This document shows, piece after piece, positions 42,627 through 54,000 of a stretch of DNA of 64,000 bases; the stretch's first letter is position 1, and the number at the start of each line of letters is the position of its first letter. A program made the position numbers and the translations under genes. The stretch lies in assembly GCA_043804925.1 (NCBI GenBank), contig JAZDIP010000086.1, positions 17,644 through 81,643 of the forward strand. Reading direction: 5' to 3'. This DNA comes from a bacterium. GTDB lineage: Bacteria > Bacteroidota > Ignavibacteria > Kapaibacteriales > UBA2268. Under the pieces are notes generated by a model. That model was not told the origin of the DNA. It was given only the letters and a program-made list of their open reading frames with translations, and made no database searches.

Positions 42627-44807
42627 CTAACGTGACTTATTTATTTCGATATATTTCGGATGATTCCAAACAGGTCGAAAATCTTCATCTATTTTTGAAT
42701 AGCTTATCCAGTTTTTGTTTTTTTCTGTTGTTTTCTTATAACAGTCCAAACCAACATCTATACTTCCAAGTTTAATCAAGTAGACACTAATATTATACAA
42801 CATAACATCATTATCAATGACCTTTTCAATAAAATTTTCATAATCATTTAAGAACTTATTAAGAATTTCCTTACCTTTTTTTTGTTCATTTCTCTCAAAA
42901 TATATTTCAACCATGTGAAGTGTTGCTAAATATCTATAATTCGAATCTATTTTTGTTGCTAAATCAAACATTTCATTTGCTCTTTGCATTGAGTCAAGTT
43001 TTGAGTAAACTTGACCAATTAAAAAATAAGCTTCAGCATCGTGAGGTTTTAAAATTAATATATTATTGCAATCATTCAATGCATTTATATAGTCCTTCTT
43101 CTTATTGTAAGCCCATATCAAATATTTAAATATGGTAGTATCATACGGTCTTTTTGAGACAGACTTTTTCAAATCATAAATACCACTATCAAATTCCCCT
43201 TTTTTTACAAATTGTAATCCCCTGTTTGCGTATGCAGACCATAAATTTTTTTTCATTTCAATAGCTTTTGAAGAATAATAAATAGCCGAATCAATATTAC
43301 CAAGTTTATTATGGATCAAACCTATATTATTATAGGCATTATACTCTTTCGTTGGATTTAAATAAACTGATTCATAGAAATATTTAAATGCTGAATCAAA
43401 GTTATTTATTTCCATAAAGATTTGCCCAATATTATTCTTAACTCTTGATTCTTGTTCCAAGGAATTCGTTTTTGAATAACACTGAAAAGCGTGTGTAAAA
43501 TTTATAATCGCTCTTTCAAATGATTGAATATCATAAAAAAAATTACCTAATTCACTATAGTAGTAGCATTCGCTATAGTTTCTACTAGTCATGTGTTTCA
43601 CTAAATAATGCTCGGCTGAATCAAATTTTTTTAATCCCTTGTAAGTTTTAAAAGTATTTTCCAAAATATCCTCATAATCAGGATTAAGTTCATATACTTT
43701 TTTATAACAAATAAGTGCTGAATCATAAAGTCTATTTTTCAATTTGCTATTGCCGTCAAAATAATTTTTCAGAATTAATTCGTGTATCCGTATTAGTTCA
43801 TTAGCTTTCATTCTATCGGCATTAGCAAGGTTAATAGACTTAAGCTCCTCATATAATTTTGCTCGTTTTTGATAATTATGTACATTTTTTGGATTTTCTT
43901 CAATTGATTTATTAAATTCATCCAAACATTTTCTGTATATTTTATTTTTATCTGTACTATCTAAACTTTTAGCATAATTATTATTATTTTCAATTTTGTC
44001 GAAAATCGCTAAATAAACCCATATATGAGTTGAATCGTATTTAATGATATTCATTAAATCATGTAAAGCCAAACTATCTTCTCCACACTCCTCAAATATT
44101 TTTGATCTTCTATTAAAAGCATAAACTCTATCGCTACTATCTGAAAGTGCTTGATTGTAGTTTTGTTCAGCTTTATTTAGCTCTCCTATTTTTTTATAAA
44201 GAATTCCTCTCTTAATATGTAAAAATGGATCATCTTGTGATGTTTCAATTATATTGTCCATTAAAGGTATAGCTTCAATATATTTTCCTTGTTGTTCAAA
44301 AATGTGAACGAGAAATTTTTGAGCATTGATATCATTTTTATCTATGTCTAAGATTTTATTCAGTTTCTCAATTGCTAAATCAGCCTTATTTAAATCATAG
44401 TATATTATTGCTTTAAACATTATTGATGGAATAAATTTGTTATTTACTGAATCAGAGAGTCTTAGATATTCTAAAGCTTTGTTAGTGTCATTTTCCTCAT
44501 ATTTTTTATTAGCAAAATTTAAATATATCAATTCTTTTTTTGTTTGAAGGATGTCTGATAATATGTGAAAAACTGAATCTTCGTTTTTATAATCAAAATT
44601 TCTTTTTTTTAATTCTTCTTCTAATGAATCTATATTTATATCACCGTTACTATATTTTTTTATGTCAAGATCATACATTCCATATATGTCGTAAAAACTA
44701 GGTAAAAATCTTGGTGCGGGATATTCTTTGGGTATTAAAATACAAAAAATGAAATTCTGACAGGTTATGAAAATAATTGAGCAAAATATGATAAATCTAA
44801 ATTTCAT
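42627..44807 (-). CDS. Long TPR-repeat protein with N-terminal hydrophobic segment
   Basis: Many 34-aa TPR-like units (AYNNIGLIH...AI, AYANRG..., AYFLIGQVY); visibly AT-rich. Confidence 0.85.
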   Translation of the reverse strand: MKFRFIIFCSIIFITCQNFIFCILIPKEYPAPRFLPSFYDIYGMYDLDIKKYSNGDINIDSLEEELKKRNFDYKNEDSVFHILSDILQTKKELIYLNFANKKYEENDTNKALEYLRLSDSVNNKFIPSIMFKAIIYYDLNKADLAIEKLNKILDIDKNDINAQKFLVHIFEQQGKYIEAIPLMDNIIETSQDDPFLHIKRGILYKKIGELNKAEQNYNQALSDSSDRVYAFNRRSKIFEECGEDSLALHDLMNIIKYDSTHIWVYLAIFDKIENNNNYAKSLDSTDKNKIYRKCLDEFNKSIEENPKNVHNYQKRAKLYEELKSINLANADRMKANELIRIHELILKNYFDGNSKLKNRLYDSALICYKKVYELNPDYEDILENTFKTYKGLKKFDSAEHYLVKHMTSRNYSECYYYSELGNFFYDIQSFERAIINFTHAFQCYSKTNSLEQESRVKNNIGQIFMEINNFDSAFKYFYESVYLNPTKEYNAYNNIGLIHNKLGNIDSAIYYSSKAIEMKKNLWSAYANRGLQFVKKGEFDSGIYDLKKSVSKRPYDTTIFKYLIWAYNKKKDYINALNDCNNILILKPHDAEAYFLIGQVYSKLDSMQRANEMFDLATKIDSNYRYLATLHMVEIYFERNEQKKGKEILNKFLNDYENFIEKVIDNDVMLYNISVYLIKLGSIDVGLDCYKKTTEKNKNWISYSKIDEDFRPVWNHPKYIEINKSR

Positions 44808-45042
44808 ATAAAATATTTCTATTTTTTAAATAAACTAATCAATATTTTTAAAAATAAGAAAATGCGGTTTATTAACCAAGAAATAATTAATTCAGTCTGA
44901 ATATTGTAAATTGGCTGTTTCAAAAACACTGGAAACTTCTTATATTAACATCAAATCATTTTTTTCTTTTGCCGATATTTATTAAGTTGAAAAATTATAG
45001 CAATTAGAATATTAAATAATATATAAATTATAAGGATAAATT

Positions 45043-46332
45043 ATGAAATACTTGCCAATAGATAAAAATCTCTTTATCGAGAATCGTAAACGATTTGTGA
45101 AACAAATGAAACCAAATACAATAGCTGTTTTTACTTCCAATGATGACTATCCCCGCAATGGTGACCAATTTTTCCAGTTCAGACAAAACTCCGATATCTT
45201 TTATCTGACGGGATTAGACCAGGCAAAAACAATCTTGATTTTATATCCGGATTCTAACAGAAACGAATTCAAGGAAATAGTTTTCACCGAAGAAACAAGT
45301 GAACTGATTGCAATCTGGTATGGTCATAAATATACTAAGGAAGAAGCAACAAAAATTTCAGGTATTGAAAATGTTCAATGGACTTCCGAATTCAACAAAG
45401 TTCTTGCTGACTTAATGGCAAACTGCGATGGTATTTATTTGAATTCAAATGAAAATATTCGATTTTCAACTGATGTTCAGTATTCGGATATGAGATTTAT
45501 TCAGGAAATGAGAGCAAAATTTCCTCTGCATGAATATTATCGTTCTGCACCAATCATGCGTGCATTAAGAACAATCAAGTCAAAAGTAGAAGTTGATTTG
45601 ATTAAAACAGCATGTAATATAACAGGTGTTGCATTTGAAAGAGTTCTGAAATTTGTCAAACCGGGAGTAATGGAATACGAAGTCGAAGCTGAGATTGTTC
45701 ATGAATTTACACGTAACCGTGCCAATGGGCATGCCTATTACCCGATTATAGCTTCCGGTGCAAGTGCATGTGTGCTTCATTATATAGAGAATAATAAAGA
45801 GTGTAAAGACGGTGATTTGATGCTTCTCGATTTCGGTGCTGAGTATGCAAATTATGCAGGTGATTTGAGCAGGACAATTCCTGTTAACGGGAAGTTTAGT
45901 CAAAGACAAAAAGATTGCTACAATGCAGTTTTAAATGTTATGAAGCAGGCACAAAATATGCTCGTGGTAGGGACAACAATTGACCAATACCACGAAAAAG
46001 TTTGCAAATTAATGGAGCAGGAATTAATTGGGTTAGGACTTTTCACCGAAGAAGACGTGAAAAAACAAGACCCGAAAAAACCATTATTCTTCAAGTATTA
46101 TATGCACGGCACTTCTCATTTTATGGGACTGGATGTCCATGATGTTGGCTTCAAGCAGGAACCATTGCAGGCAGGTATGGTCTTTTCTTGTGAACCGGGA
46201 ATTTATATATTAGATGAAGGTATTGGTATAAGAATTGAAAATGACATATTAGTTACAGAGAACGGTCCTGTTGACCTTATGGCAAATATACCGAGAGAAG
46301 TTGACGAGATTGAAGAAATAATGGGGTCATAA
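45043..46332 (+). CDS. pepP: Xaa-Pro aminopeptidase P
   Basis: LHY, LLDFGAEY.NYAGDLSRT, HGTSHFMGLDVHD, CEPGIY, GIRIEND. Confidence 0.95.
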   Translation: MKYLPIDKNLFIENRKRFVKQMKPNTIAVFTSNDDYPRNGDQFFQFRQNSDIFYLTGLDQAKTILILYPDSNRNEFKEIVFTEETSELIAIWYGHKYTKEEATKISGIENVQWTSEFNKVLADLMANCDGIYLNSNENIRFSTDVQYSDMRFIQEMRAKFPLHEYYRSAPIMRALRTIKSKVEVDLIKTACNITGVAFERVLKFVKPGVMEYEVEAEIVHEFTRNRANGHAYYPIIASGASACVLHYIENNKECKDGDLMLLDFGAEYANYAGDLSRTIPVNGKFSQRQKDCYNAVLNVMKQAQNMLVVGTTIDQYHEKVCKLMEQELIGLGLFTEEDVKKQDPKKPLFFKYYMHGTSHFMGLDVHDVGFKQEPLQAGMVFSCEPGIYILDEGIGIRIENDILVTENGPVDLMANIPREVDEIEEIMGS

Positions 46333-46334
46333 GC

Positions 46335-46382
46335 AGAATGAAAAATGTAAAATGTAGAATGAAAAATGTAAAATGTAGAATG
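46335..46382 (+). repeat. 21-bp (3x7) tandem repeat after the pepP stop
   Basis: agaatg aaaaatg taaaatg tagaatg aaaaatg taaaatg tagaatg. Confidence 0.85.
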
Positions 46383-46486
46383 GTTATTGGATTGTGGATA
46401 TTTTATTGGAACTCTGTGAATTCTCTGTAGAACTCAGTGTAACTGGAAGGTAAATAATTTAAAATGAAAAATATAAGGAATAAAGT

Positions 46487-47962
46487 ATGAATATTTACAT
46501 TTGGATAATTTTGATATACCTCTTAGGTCTGACAGCTTTTAATTTTTATAAAGCGAAAAGTGTCAAGACACAGGACGATATGATGGTTGCCGGTCGCAGT
46601 CTCGGTGTCGGTAAAATGGTTTTCACATTAATCTGCACATGGATTGGTTCAGGAACTTTCATTGCAGGAGCGGAATTTGCAGTAAAAGCCGGATGGAGTT
46701 CGCTTTGGATGCCTGCCGGTGCATGGGTTGGTATTGCTCTGATATATTTTCTTGCAGGGAAAATCAGAACTTTCGGGCAATATACAATCGGCGATATACT
46801 CGAAGTAAGATATGGTAGATTTGCCCGTCTTTTTGGAGCAATCGCACTAGTCATCGCATTTACTACAATTGTATCATATCAGTTCAGAGCCGGTGGTTTG
46901 ATTTTGAATGTAATAACTGATGGTGCAATTTCCACAGCTCAAGGGCAGATTATAGCCGCAGCATTTGTAATTCTGCTTACAGCCCTTGGAGGTATGGTTG
47001 CAGTTGCGCACACAGATTTGCCAAATGGAATAATTATCGCATTGGCTTGCATTGTTGCAGTTCCTTTTGTTGTAGTTGCTGCCGGAGGATGGGATGCACC
47101 TGCTGCGGTACTGCCTGCCTCACAATTTCAATGGTTCTCGTCAGAATTCGGAGCTCATCCTGTTTTGAAAGGACTTTCTTATTTCCTCGCAACAATGTTT
47201 CTTTTGCTTGGTGTTCAAAGTATGTACCAAAAATTCTATAGTGCTAAAACACCTGCCGATGCCAAGAAAGCAGTTTCTCTTTGGATTGTTGGAACAATTG
47301 TGATAGAAACTGTTGTAATTGTAATAGCTATTTATGCCGCCGCATATTTTGCAGGAACTCAGTACGACCCTGCTTCAATAGTACTCAAAGCCGCAAGGGA
47401 AATGATATGGGCTCCGGTTGGTATTTTACTTCTTGGTGCCGCTTGCGTTGTTGTAATTTCTACAGGCATGAATTATCTTTTGAGTCCTTCAACAAATATA
47501 ATAAGGGATATTTACCAGACATTCATTAATCCCAATGCTGAAGAAAAGAAAGTTGTCGCTCTGCAAAAAATCTTTATCGTTGTTATAGGTTTTGTTGCAT
47601 TTCTGATGATTTTCATTCCAACATATTTTGCAATCGAGGTTTCGGTATTGAAATATGCATATACAGCATACACAATGTACGGAGTTGCCATAACTCCCGC
47701 ACTAATAGCGGCTCTTGCATGGAAAAGAGCAACAAAGACAGCCGGTGTAGTCAGCATCGTTTCAGGAGCAATAGTTGTTCTCATTCTCGACATTGTAATA
47801 ACTTACGGTTTTCCTAATTTGCTAATAGACGGTGACCCTTGGGGAATACCAAGCATTTACCCTGGTCTGCTCGTCTCTATTGGGTCATTGGTTATCATAA
47901 GCTATCTGACACCAAAACCAAAAAAGGAAGATTTAGTTAAGCTTTTTCCGGAGAATGTTTAA
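46487..47962 (+). CDS. Sodium:solute symporter family protein
   Basis: VAGRSL, TWIGSGTFIAGA, TIGDILEVRYG, LGGMVAVAHTD, YQKFYSAK; about 13 TMs. Confidence 0.93.
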   Translation: MNIYIWIILIYLLGLTAFNFYKAKSVKTQDDMMVAGRSLGVGKMVFTLICTWIGSGTFIAGAEFAVKAGWSSLWMPAGAWVGIALIYFLAGKIRTFGQYTIGDILEVRYGRFARLFGAIALVIAFTTIVSYQFRAGGLILNVITDGAISTAQGQIIAAAFVILLTALGGMVAVAHTDLPNGIIIALACIVAVPFVVVAAGGWDAPAAVLPASQFQWFSSEFGAHPVLKGLSYFLATMFLLLGVQSMYQKFYSAKTPADAKKAVSLWIVGTIVIETVVIVIAIYAAAYFAGTQYDPASIVLKAAREMIWAPVGILLLGAACVVVISTGMNYLLSPSTNIIRDIYQTFINPNAEEKKVVALQKIFIVVIGFVAFLMIFIPTYFAIEVSVLKYAYTAYTMYGVAITPALIAALAWKRATKTAGVVSIVSGAIVVLILDIVITYGFPNLLIDGDPWGIPSIYPGLLVSIGSLVIISYLTPKPKKEDLVKLFPENV

Positions 47963-47982
47963 TTAATAATATTGAGAAATTT

Positions 47983-49194
47983 ATGAAAAGTATTTTAGTT
48001 TTAATAGTTTTGGCTTTTAGCTTTTCATCAGCTATTGGTCAAACGAATGTCATTTTCATCAATGAACTAATGGCAAAAAACGATTCATTCCTCGAAGACG
48101 ATAAAGGAAATTTCAGCGACTGGATTGAATTGTATAACAGTTCAAATTCAGATGTTAATATCGGCGGATATTATTTGACTGACGATATGGATACTTTAAA
48201 CATGTGGAAAATCCCATCCGGCACTACAATCCCTGCAAAAGCTTATCTGTTGTTTTGGGCAAGTGGGGATAATTCAAACCGGCACACGAACTTTAAACTT
48301 AGTGTAACAGGGGAAACTTTAGCTTTGGTTATGCCCGATGGAACTTCGCTTGTTGACACAATTAAATTCCCTGAACAAACTTCAAATGTTTCATACGGAA
48401 GAACTGTTGACGGAGCCAAGACGTGGATTTTCTTTGAACAGCCGACACCAAATGCGGCTAATACTAAACCTAATTCTGATGTTTTGCCTGTAGTTATTAA
48501 TGAACTGATGGCTTCCAATTCAAAAACTATTCAGGATGAAACAGGTGCATATCCCGATTGGTTTGAGTTATATAACAACTCAGACGAACAAATTGATATC
48601 AGTGGATTTTATTTAACTGACAAACCAATGCGTGAGCCATCAATGTGGAGAATTCCTGAAGGGACAGTCTTAAATCCTCGCGCCTTCTTACTTATCTGGG
48701 CTGATAGCGACCCAAAGGACGGTCCTTATCACACTAATTTTAATTTAGGTAAGGATGGTGATTCCATTGCAATTTATTCCGTTGACGGAAAAACACTTGT
48801 TGATATGATAGCTTATAAAAGCCAGCAAACTGATGTTTCATGGGGAAGGAGACCCGATGGAGCATACTCTTGGATGTTATTCTATACCCCAACGCCGGGT
48901 AAAACAAATAGTCCAATCGATGTTGAAGATTATTTTTCAAACATAGAGATTTCAAATTTTCCGAATCCGTTTAATGAAAAAACAGAAATCACTGTGATTT
49001 TAAATAAAAACTCCAATATTACTCTTGCTGTTTATGATATTTTTGGTAGAAAAATTGAAGATATTTTCTCAGGTTACTTAAATCAGGGTAAACACAATTT
49101 CAGATTAAATAGCGTTAAACTACAATCAGGGATGTATTTTTGTCGTATGCAATCAGATGGATATAATATAATCCAAAAAATAATAAGAGAATAA
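47983..49194 (+). CDS. Secreted protein with two lamin-tail domains and T9SS CTD
   Basis: Two copies of INELMA.N...DW.ELYN...I.G.YLTD...HTNF.L...G....SYGR..DG...PTP; C-terminal FPNPFN...GMYFCR. Confidence 0.9.
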   Translation: MKSILVLIVLAFSFSSAIGQTNVIFINELMAKNDSFLEDDKGNFSDWIELYNSSNSDVNIGGYYLTDDMDTLNMWKIPSGTTIPAKAYLLFWASGDNSNRHTNFKLSVTGETLALVMPDGTSLVDTIKFPEQTSNVSYGRTVDGAKTWIFFEQPTPNAANTKPNSDVLPVVINELMASNSKTIQDETGAYPDWFELYNNSDEQIDISGFYLTDKPMREPSMWRIPEGTVLNPRAFLLIWADSDPKDGPYHTNFNLGKDGDSIAIYSVDGKTLVDMIAYKSQQTDVSWGRRPDGAYSWMLFYTPTPGKTNSPIDVEDYFSNIEISNFPNPFNEKTEITVILNKNSNITLAVYDIFGRKIEDIFSGYLNQGKHNFRLNSVKLQSGMYFCRMQSDGYNIIQKIIRE

Positions 49195-49196
49195 TA

Positions 49197-50948
49197 TTGC
49201 TTAAAATTAGTTTTATCATATTGTTTATAATTCATTCTTCAATTCTTTTTTCAAATGAATTTGAGTCAGCTCAAATTATTGTGCCAAATAAATTAAGACC
49301 TAACGACGATATTCCAATTATTATCAGGATGGGTGAAACATATCCTGGATACGGAATATTTGATAATTTGCTTAATGGTGAATATCGCATATTTTCTGAT
49401 AAAGACACTAATAGCCAAATCATTAATCTTTACCATGGTGCAGGGAGTCTATTGTTTAAAAACGAAGAATCGAATACCTTAAAACTCTATTTTGCTGACA
49501 GTCTGAATTTTAAAACAATTATATTGGATAACACTGTTCCTATAAAGTATATTTCCGAAGATATTGAAGCCGATCAAACTTGGGAACAAGATACAATTTA
49601 TTATATTATGAAACGTATTGATATCTTGAGAAAAGCTACATTAGTTATTGAAGAAGGAACAAGAATTTACATCGCACCAAAAACAAATATAATTTCGTAT
49701 GGAAGAATAATTTCTTGGGGAAAAGAACATAATCCGATTATTTTTTCTCCACTAATAAAAGATTCTGCTTGGGGTGGTGTTGAACTCATTAAAGATTCTT
49801 TTTTTCAGTACACAATTTTTTATAACGGAGGAGCTGATACAACACGGAAATTCGGTCACTCAAAAAGCCAGCCCGTAGTATTTTCGGAAGATTGCAATGT
49901 TGGTTTTAACAACTGTTTTTTTATTTATAACGAAGGTAAAGCATTAGGTTTGTATCGAAGTAAAATTAATATTGATTTTTGTTTGTTTTCAGATTGCGAT
50001 TCAGGTGGAGAATTTACTGAAAGTTCTGTTTCAGTTAATAATTCCTACATTCTTAACATGCCATCAAATGACACCGCTTTTATTGATGATGATAATGACG
50101 GATTTTACTTTAATAGTACTTTTTCGAATGAAACAAATCCTTCAACGATTAACAATTGTGTTTTTGTAAATGGTAAAGATGATGCTATTGACCATAATGG
50201 GGCAAAGCTCGAAGTAAAAAACTGCTGGATTGAAAATTTTAAACACGAGGGAATAGCTTGCTCATTTAAAAATTTTGTCAATGTTTCTAATACAGTCATC
50301 ATGAATTGTGAGCAAGGTATCGAATCAGGTTATGGTAGTCCCGAGGTAAATGTCAATCATTGCGTAATAATTAATAACGATGTTGGTCTTAGATTTGGTG
50401 ATTCTTATGACTGGGGATGTAACGGTCATTTATCAGCTAAAAATTCAATACTTTATAATAATTCCGATAATATCCTTAACTACGACCTATTGTTAAAAGC
50501 TCCTGTCGATGGCGGTATTGATATATCATATTCAATAACAAATGACGAAGAATATGATTCATACTCAAATTGCCTGACCGGTATACCTGATTTTGATGAG
50601 TTATACTTTTTAACAGATAATTCAATAGGTAAAGGATTGGCAGATGATGGATATGATTTAGGGTTGATTAAAAAAGAAATGTTCGTAAAGAGCAATGAAT
50701 GTAAATTTAAAATTTTTCCAAATCCTGCGTCAAATATTTTTTATATTGTATTAAATAACTATAAGCCGATTATTGAAATATTCGATGTTCTTGGAGACAG
50801 GATTAAATTTAGTTATTATTTTTATGACAAAAGCGTTGGTGAGCAACTTGCCATTATAGATTCCTCTTGCATACCGGGAGGATTATATTTGATAAGAATT
50901 ATTTATTTTGATAAAGTAATAACTGAAACAATAGTAATTTCCCATTAG
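49197..50948 (+). CDS. Secreted parallel beta-helix protein with T9SS CTD
   Basis: ATLVIEEGT...PIIFSP....WGG; DNDGFYF, DDAIDHNG, EGIACS, QGIESGYG; C-terminal FPNPAS...GLYLIRI. Confidence 0.8.
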   Translation: MLKISFIILFIIHSSILFSNEFESAQIIVPNKLRPNDDIPIIIRMGETYPGYGIFDNLLNGEYRIFSDKDTNSQIINLYHGAGSLLFKNEESNTLKLYFADSLNFKTIILDNTVPIKYISEDIEADQTWEQDTIYYIMKRIDILRKATLVIEEGTRIYIAPKTNIISYGRIISWGKEHNPIIFSPLIKDSAWGGVELIKDSFFQYTIFYNGGADTTRKFGHSKSQPVVFSEDCNVGFNNCFFIYNEGKALGLYRSKINIDFCLFSDCDSGGEFTESSVSVNNSYILNMPSNDTAFIDDDNDGFYFNSTFSNETNPSTINNCVFVNGKDDAIDHNGAKLEVKNCWIENFKHEGIACSFKNFVNVSNTVIMNCEQGIESGYGSPEVNVNHCVIINNDVGLRFGDSYDWGCNGHLSAKNSILYNNSDNILNYDLLLKAPVDGGIDISYSITNDEEYDSYSNCLTGIPDFDELYFLTDNSIGKGLADDGYDLGLIKKEMFVKSNECKFKIFPNPASNIFYIVLNNYKPIIEIFDVLGDRIKFSYYFYDKSVGEQLAIIDSSCIPGGLYLIRIIYFDKVITETIVISH

Positions 50949-51085
50949 AAAAATTTTGAAAATATATAGATATTGATTAAATTACAGTTTGATAATATAC
51001 ATTTTTAAATAATTGAAAGCACCGGATGTAAATTTTGACTTTTTTTTTATAATAATTGGTTGTCAAATTATTAGGTGTTTCAATT

Positions 51086-54000
51086 ATGAAAAATAGATTT
51101 CTGAAAATATCGCTAATCGCATTATTACTGATATCCACATCCGGTTTATATGCTAATGTCAAGGAATATTATATTACTTGCAATCCCGATGATTTTAAAG
51201 CTATTTATAAAAATCCATGGCCCGACACATACATTCCAATAACTCTCACGTTTAACGACAGAACCTGGGAAAATGTAACTTTACGAATTCGGGGAGATGA
51301 TAGCAGAGGACATCCTAAAAAATCATTGAAGTTGAAATTTGAAGGTGATGCCTTTGAAAACGGGAGAGATGTTTTGAATTTTAATGCCGAATATGAAGAC
51401 CCGACATATATGTGCCAATATCTTGCATCCTTGACATTTCGTCATATCGGTTACCCCTGTTTTGCAGCAGAGCATGCCAGACTTTATCTGAACGGGATAT
51501 TTTTAGGTCTATATTTACAAATTGAAAACGTTGATGATAAGTTTCTCGAATCAAGAGGATTAGACCCAACCGGAAATCTATATAAAGCAACCGAAGATGA
51601 TGCTTCATTAAGTATATATGATGACATAGGAAAGAGTTGGGAAAAGAAGACAAATGAATCGGGAAGCTGGAATGATTTACAGCAATTGATTGACAGCTTA
51701 TTCTATGTTCCCGACAATGAGTATTATGATTTTGCAAAACGGACATTTGATTATAATAAAATGATTGACATATTCGCTGTAAATATGTTATTGGCAAATG
51801 GAAGTACATACTATCATAATTATTTCATGTATCACGATATTTATTTCACAAAAAAATGGATGATGCTTCCTTGGGATATGGATAAAACTTTTAGCATGTA
51901 TGGATATTATTATCCCTACCATCGCAGTTCTTCATATTCATCACCCGATAATCCTTATTACGAAAGAGCATTGCTTTGTGAACCAATATTTAACGATATA
52001 AGGGATAGAATCACTCAACTGAAAGATGATTTCTTCGATAATGAGTTTTTTGACCCTATAATTGATAGTTTAATAACCGAACTGGAACCATCTGTAGAAG
52101 AAGATACAACCGACAATATTCCGGACATATATGAATGGCTACATGACACCGAAGGTCCAAAAAAATATGTTAGAGAAAGGTACAATATCTTACAAGACCA
52201 ATTCGACCAATGGCCCCGAAGTTTTAAAGTCGAGCCAACGATGAGTTATTATTCGGATTCAATTAAGTTTGTCTGGCATCCTTCATATCACGCTGCGGGA
52301 AAAGTAATAACTTATGATTTTTATTTCGGTTCAAAAGAACAACTTGACGACACAAATACAACAACTATTATAAAAAATATAACTGACACTTTCTATGTTA
52401 AAACGGATTTACCTCCCGATGGAACTTACTGGTGGAAGGTTACTGCCTATGATGGTAGAGAATATGTTGACGGATTCAATTTTCCAAATCCTATAAAAAT
52501 TAAACAGGGAACTGAACTTCCATGCACCATAACATCGGATATGACACTGACAAAAGAAGAATCTCCATATTTTGTCAATTGCAATATCGAAGTAAAATCC
52601 ACTGCCGACATTGTTATAAATGAAGGAGTTGATGTAATTTTTAATGGTGATTACCGGATTTTAATTAGAGGTAGTTTACAAGTCAATGGAACAAAAAAAG
52701 AACCAGTCAATTTTCTGCCTGATGAATTTACCAAAAAGTGGGATAATATCTACTTTCATTACACAACAAGAGATTGCCATCTTAAAAACCTGAATGTTTA
52801 TAACGGATGCTTTTACGCACAAAATTCTGTTATATATTTTGATTCATTAAATCTGAATTTCGATTATCAGGATACAGCATACGCCCTACCACTTATGTAT
52901 TTCGATTTGACTCGAGCAAACATGTATAATTCTACTATTCGAAGTAATGCAAACAGGGGGGGATTTGATATTATTGGTGCCGATAATTGCACAGTTAAAA
53001 ATAATTATTTTTATAATACACCTGATGCAATCGAATATTCACTTTCGGCTGACGGATTAATTGAAAATAACTCCATAAATACTTCAACTGATGATTGTAT
53101 TGATATTGATGCTTGCAGGAATATCATAATCAGGGGTAATATTATCAGGAATGCAGTAGATAAGGGAATCACAATCGGAAATGAAAATTTAGGAGCACCT
53201 TCATTAAATATTTTATTAGAAAGAAATATTATTTCCGGTTGTAACACCGGAATTGTTGTCAAGGATAGTTCGACTGTTAAAGCAATTAATAATACACTTT
53301 ATAAAAACGATGTAGCTTTCAGTTGTTATGAAAAGAGACTCGGTCAAGGAGGTGGCTTTCTCGAAATAGAGAACACAATAATTTCGGGAACAGATTCAAT
53401 TTTATACCTCGACCCTATATCAACAGCAAAGATTTCTTACTCTTTGTCGGATAGAAGATTGATGGAGGGAGAATCAAATATAATGGCTGACCCGATGTTT
53501 GTTGACCCGGAAAATTATGATTTCTCACTTGAAGTAGGTTCACCATGTATTGATGCAGGAAATCCAAACAGTCCTCTGGACCCGGATGGAACAAAAGTAG
53601 ACATTGGAGCTATTCCTTACGGTTACCGTCCTGAACTACCTAAGATAGTTATAAATGAAATAAATTATAATTCATCAAGCACTTTCGATACCGGAGACTG
53701 GGTGGAATTTTACAATGCAGGTAGCTATGATGTTGATATGTCCGGATGGGTTTTTATGGATAGTGATAACAGCCACAAATATATTTTCCCGGACAATTTT
53801 ATCTTGAAAAAAGGTGCATATATTGTACTTTGCAGACAGCTTGACAGGTTTACATCATTGTATCCGAATATTAAAAATATTCTCGGGGATTTCAGTTTTG
53901 GCTTAAGCAGTACCGGGGAATTAATAAGATTATATGATAACGATATTTCTCTCATTGATTCGGTTATTTATGGAGTTTCAACTCCTTGGCCATCAGAATC

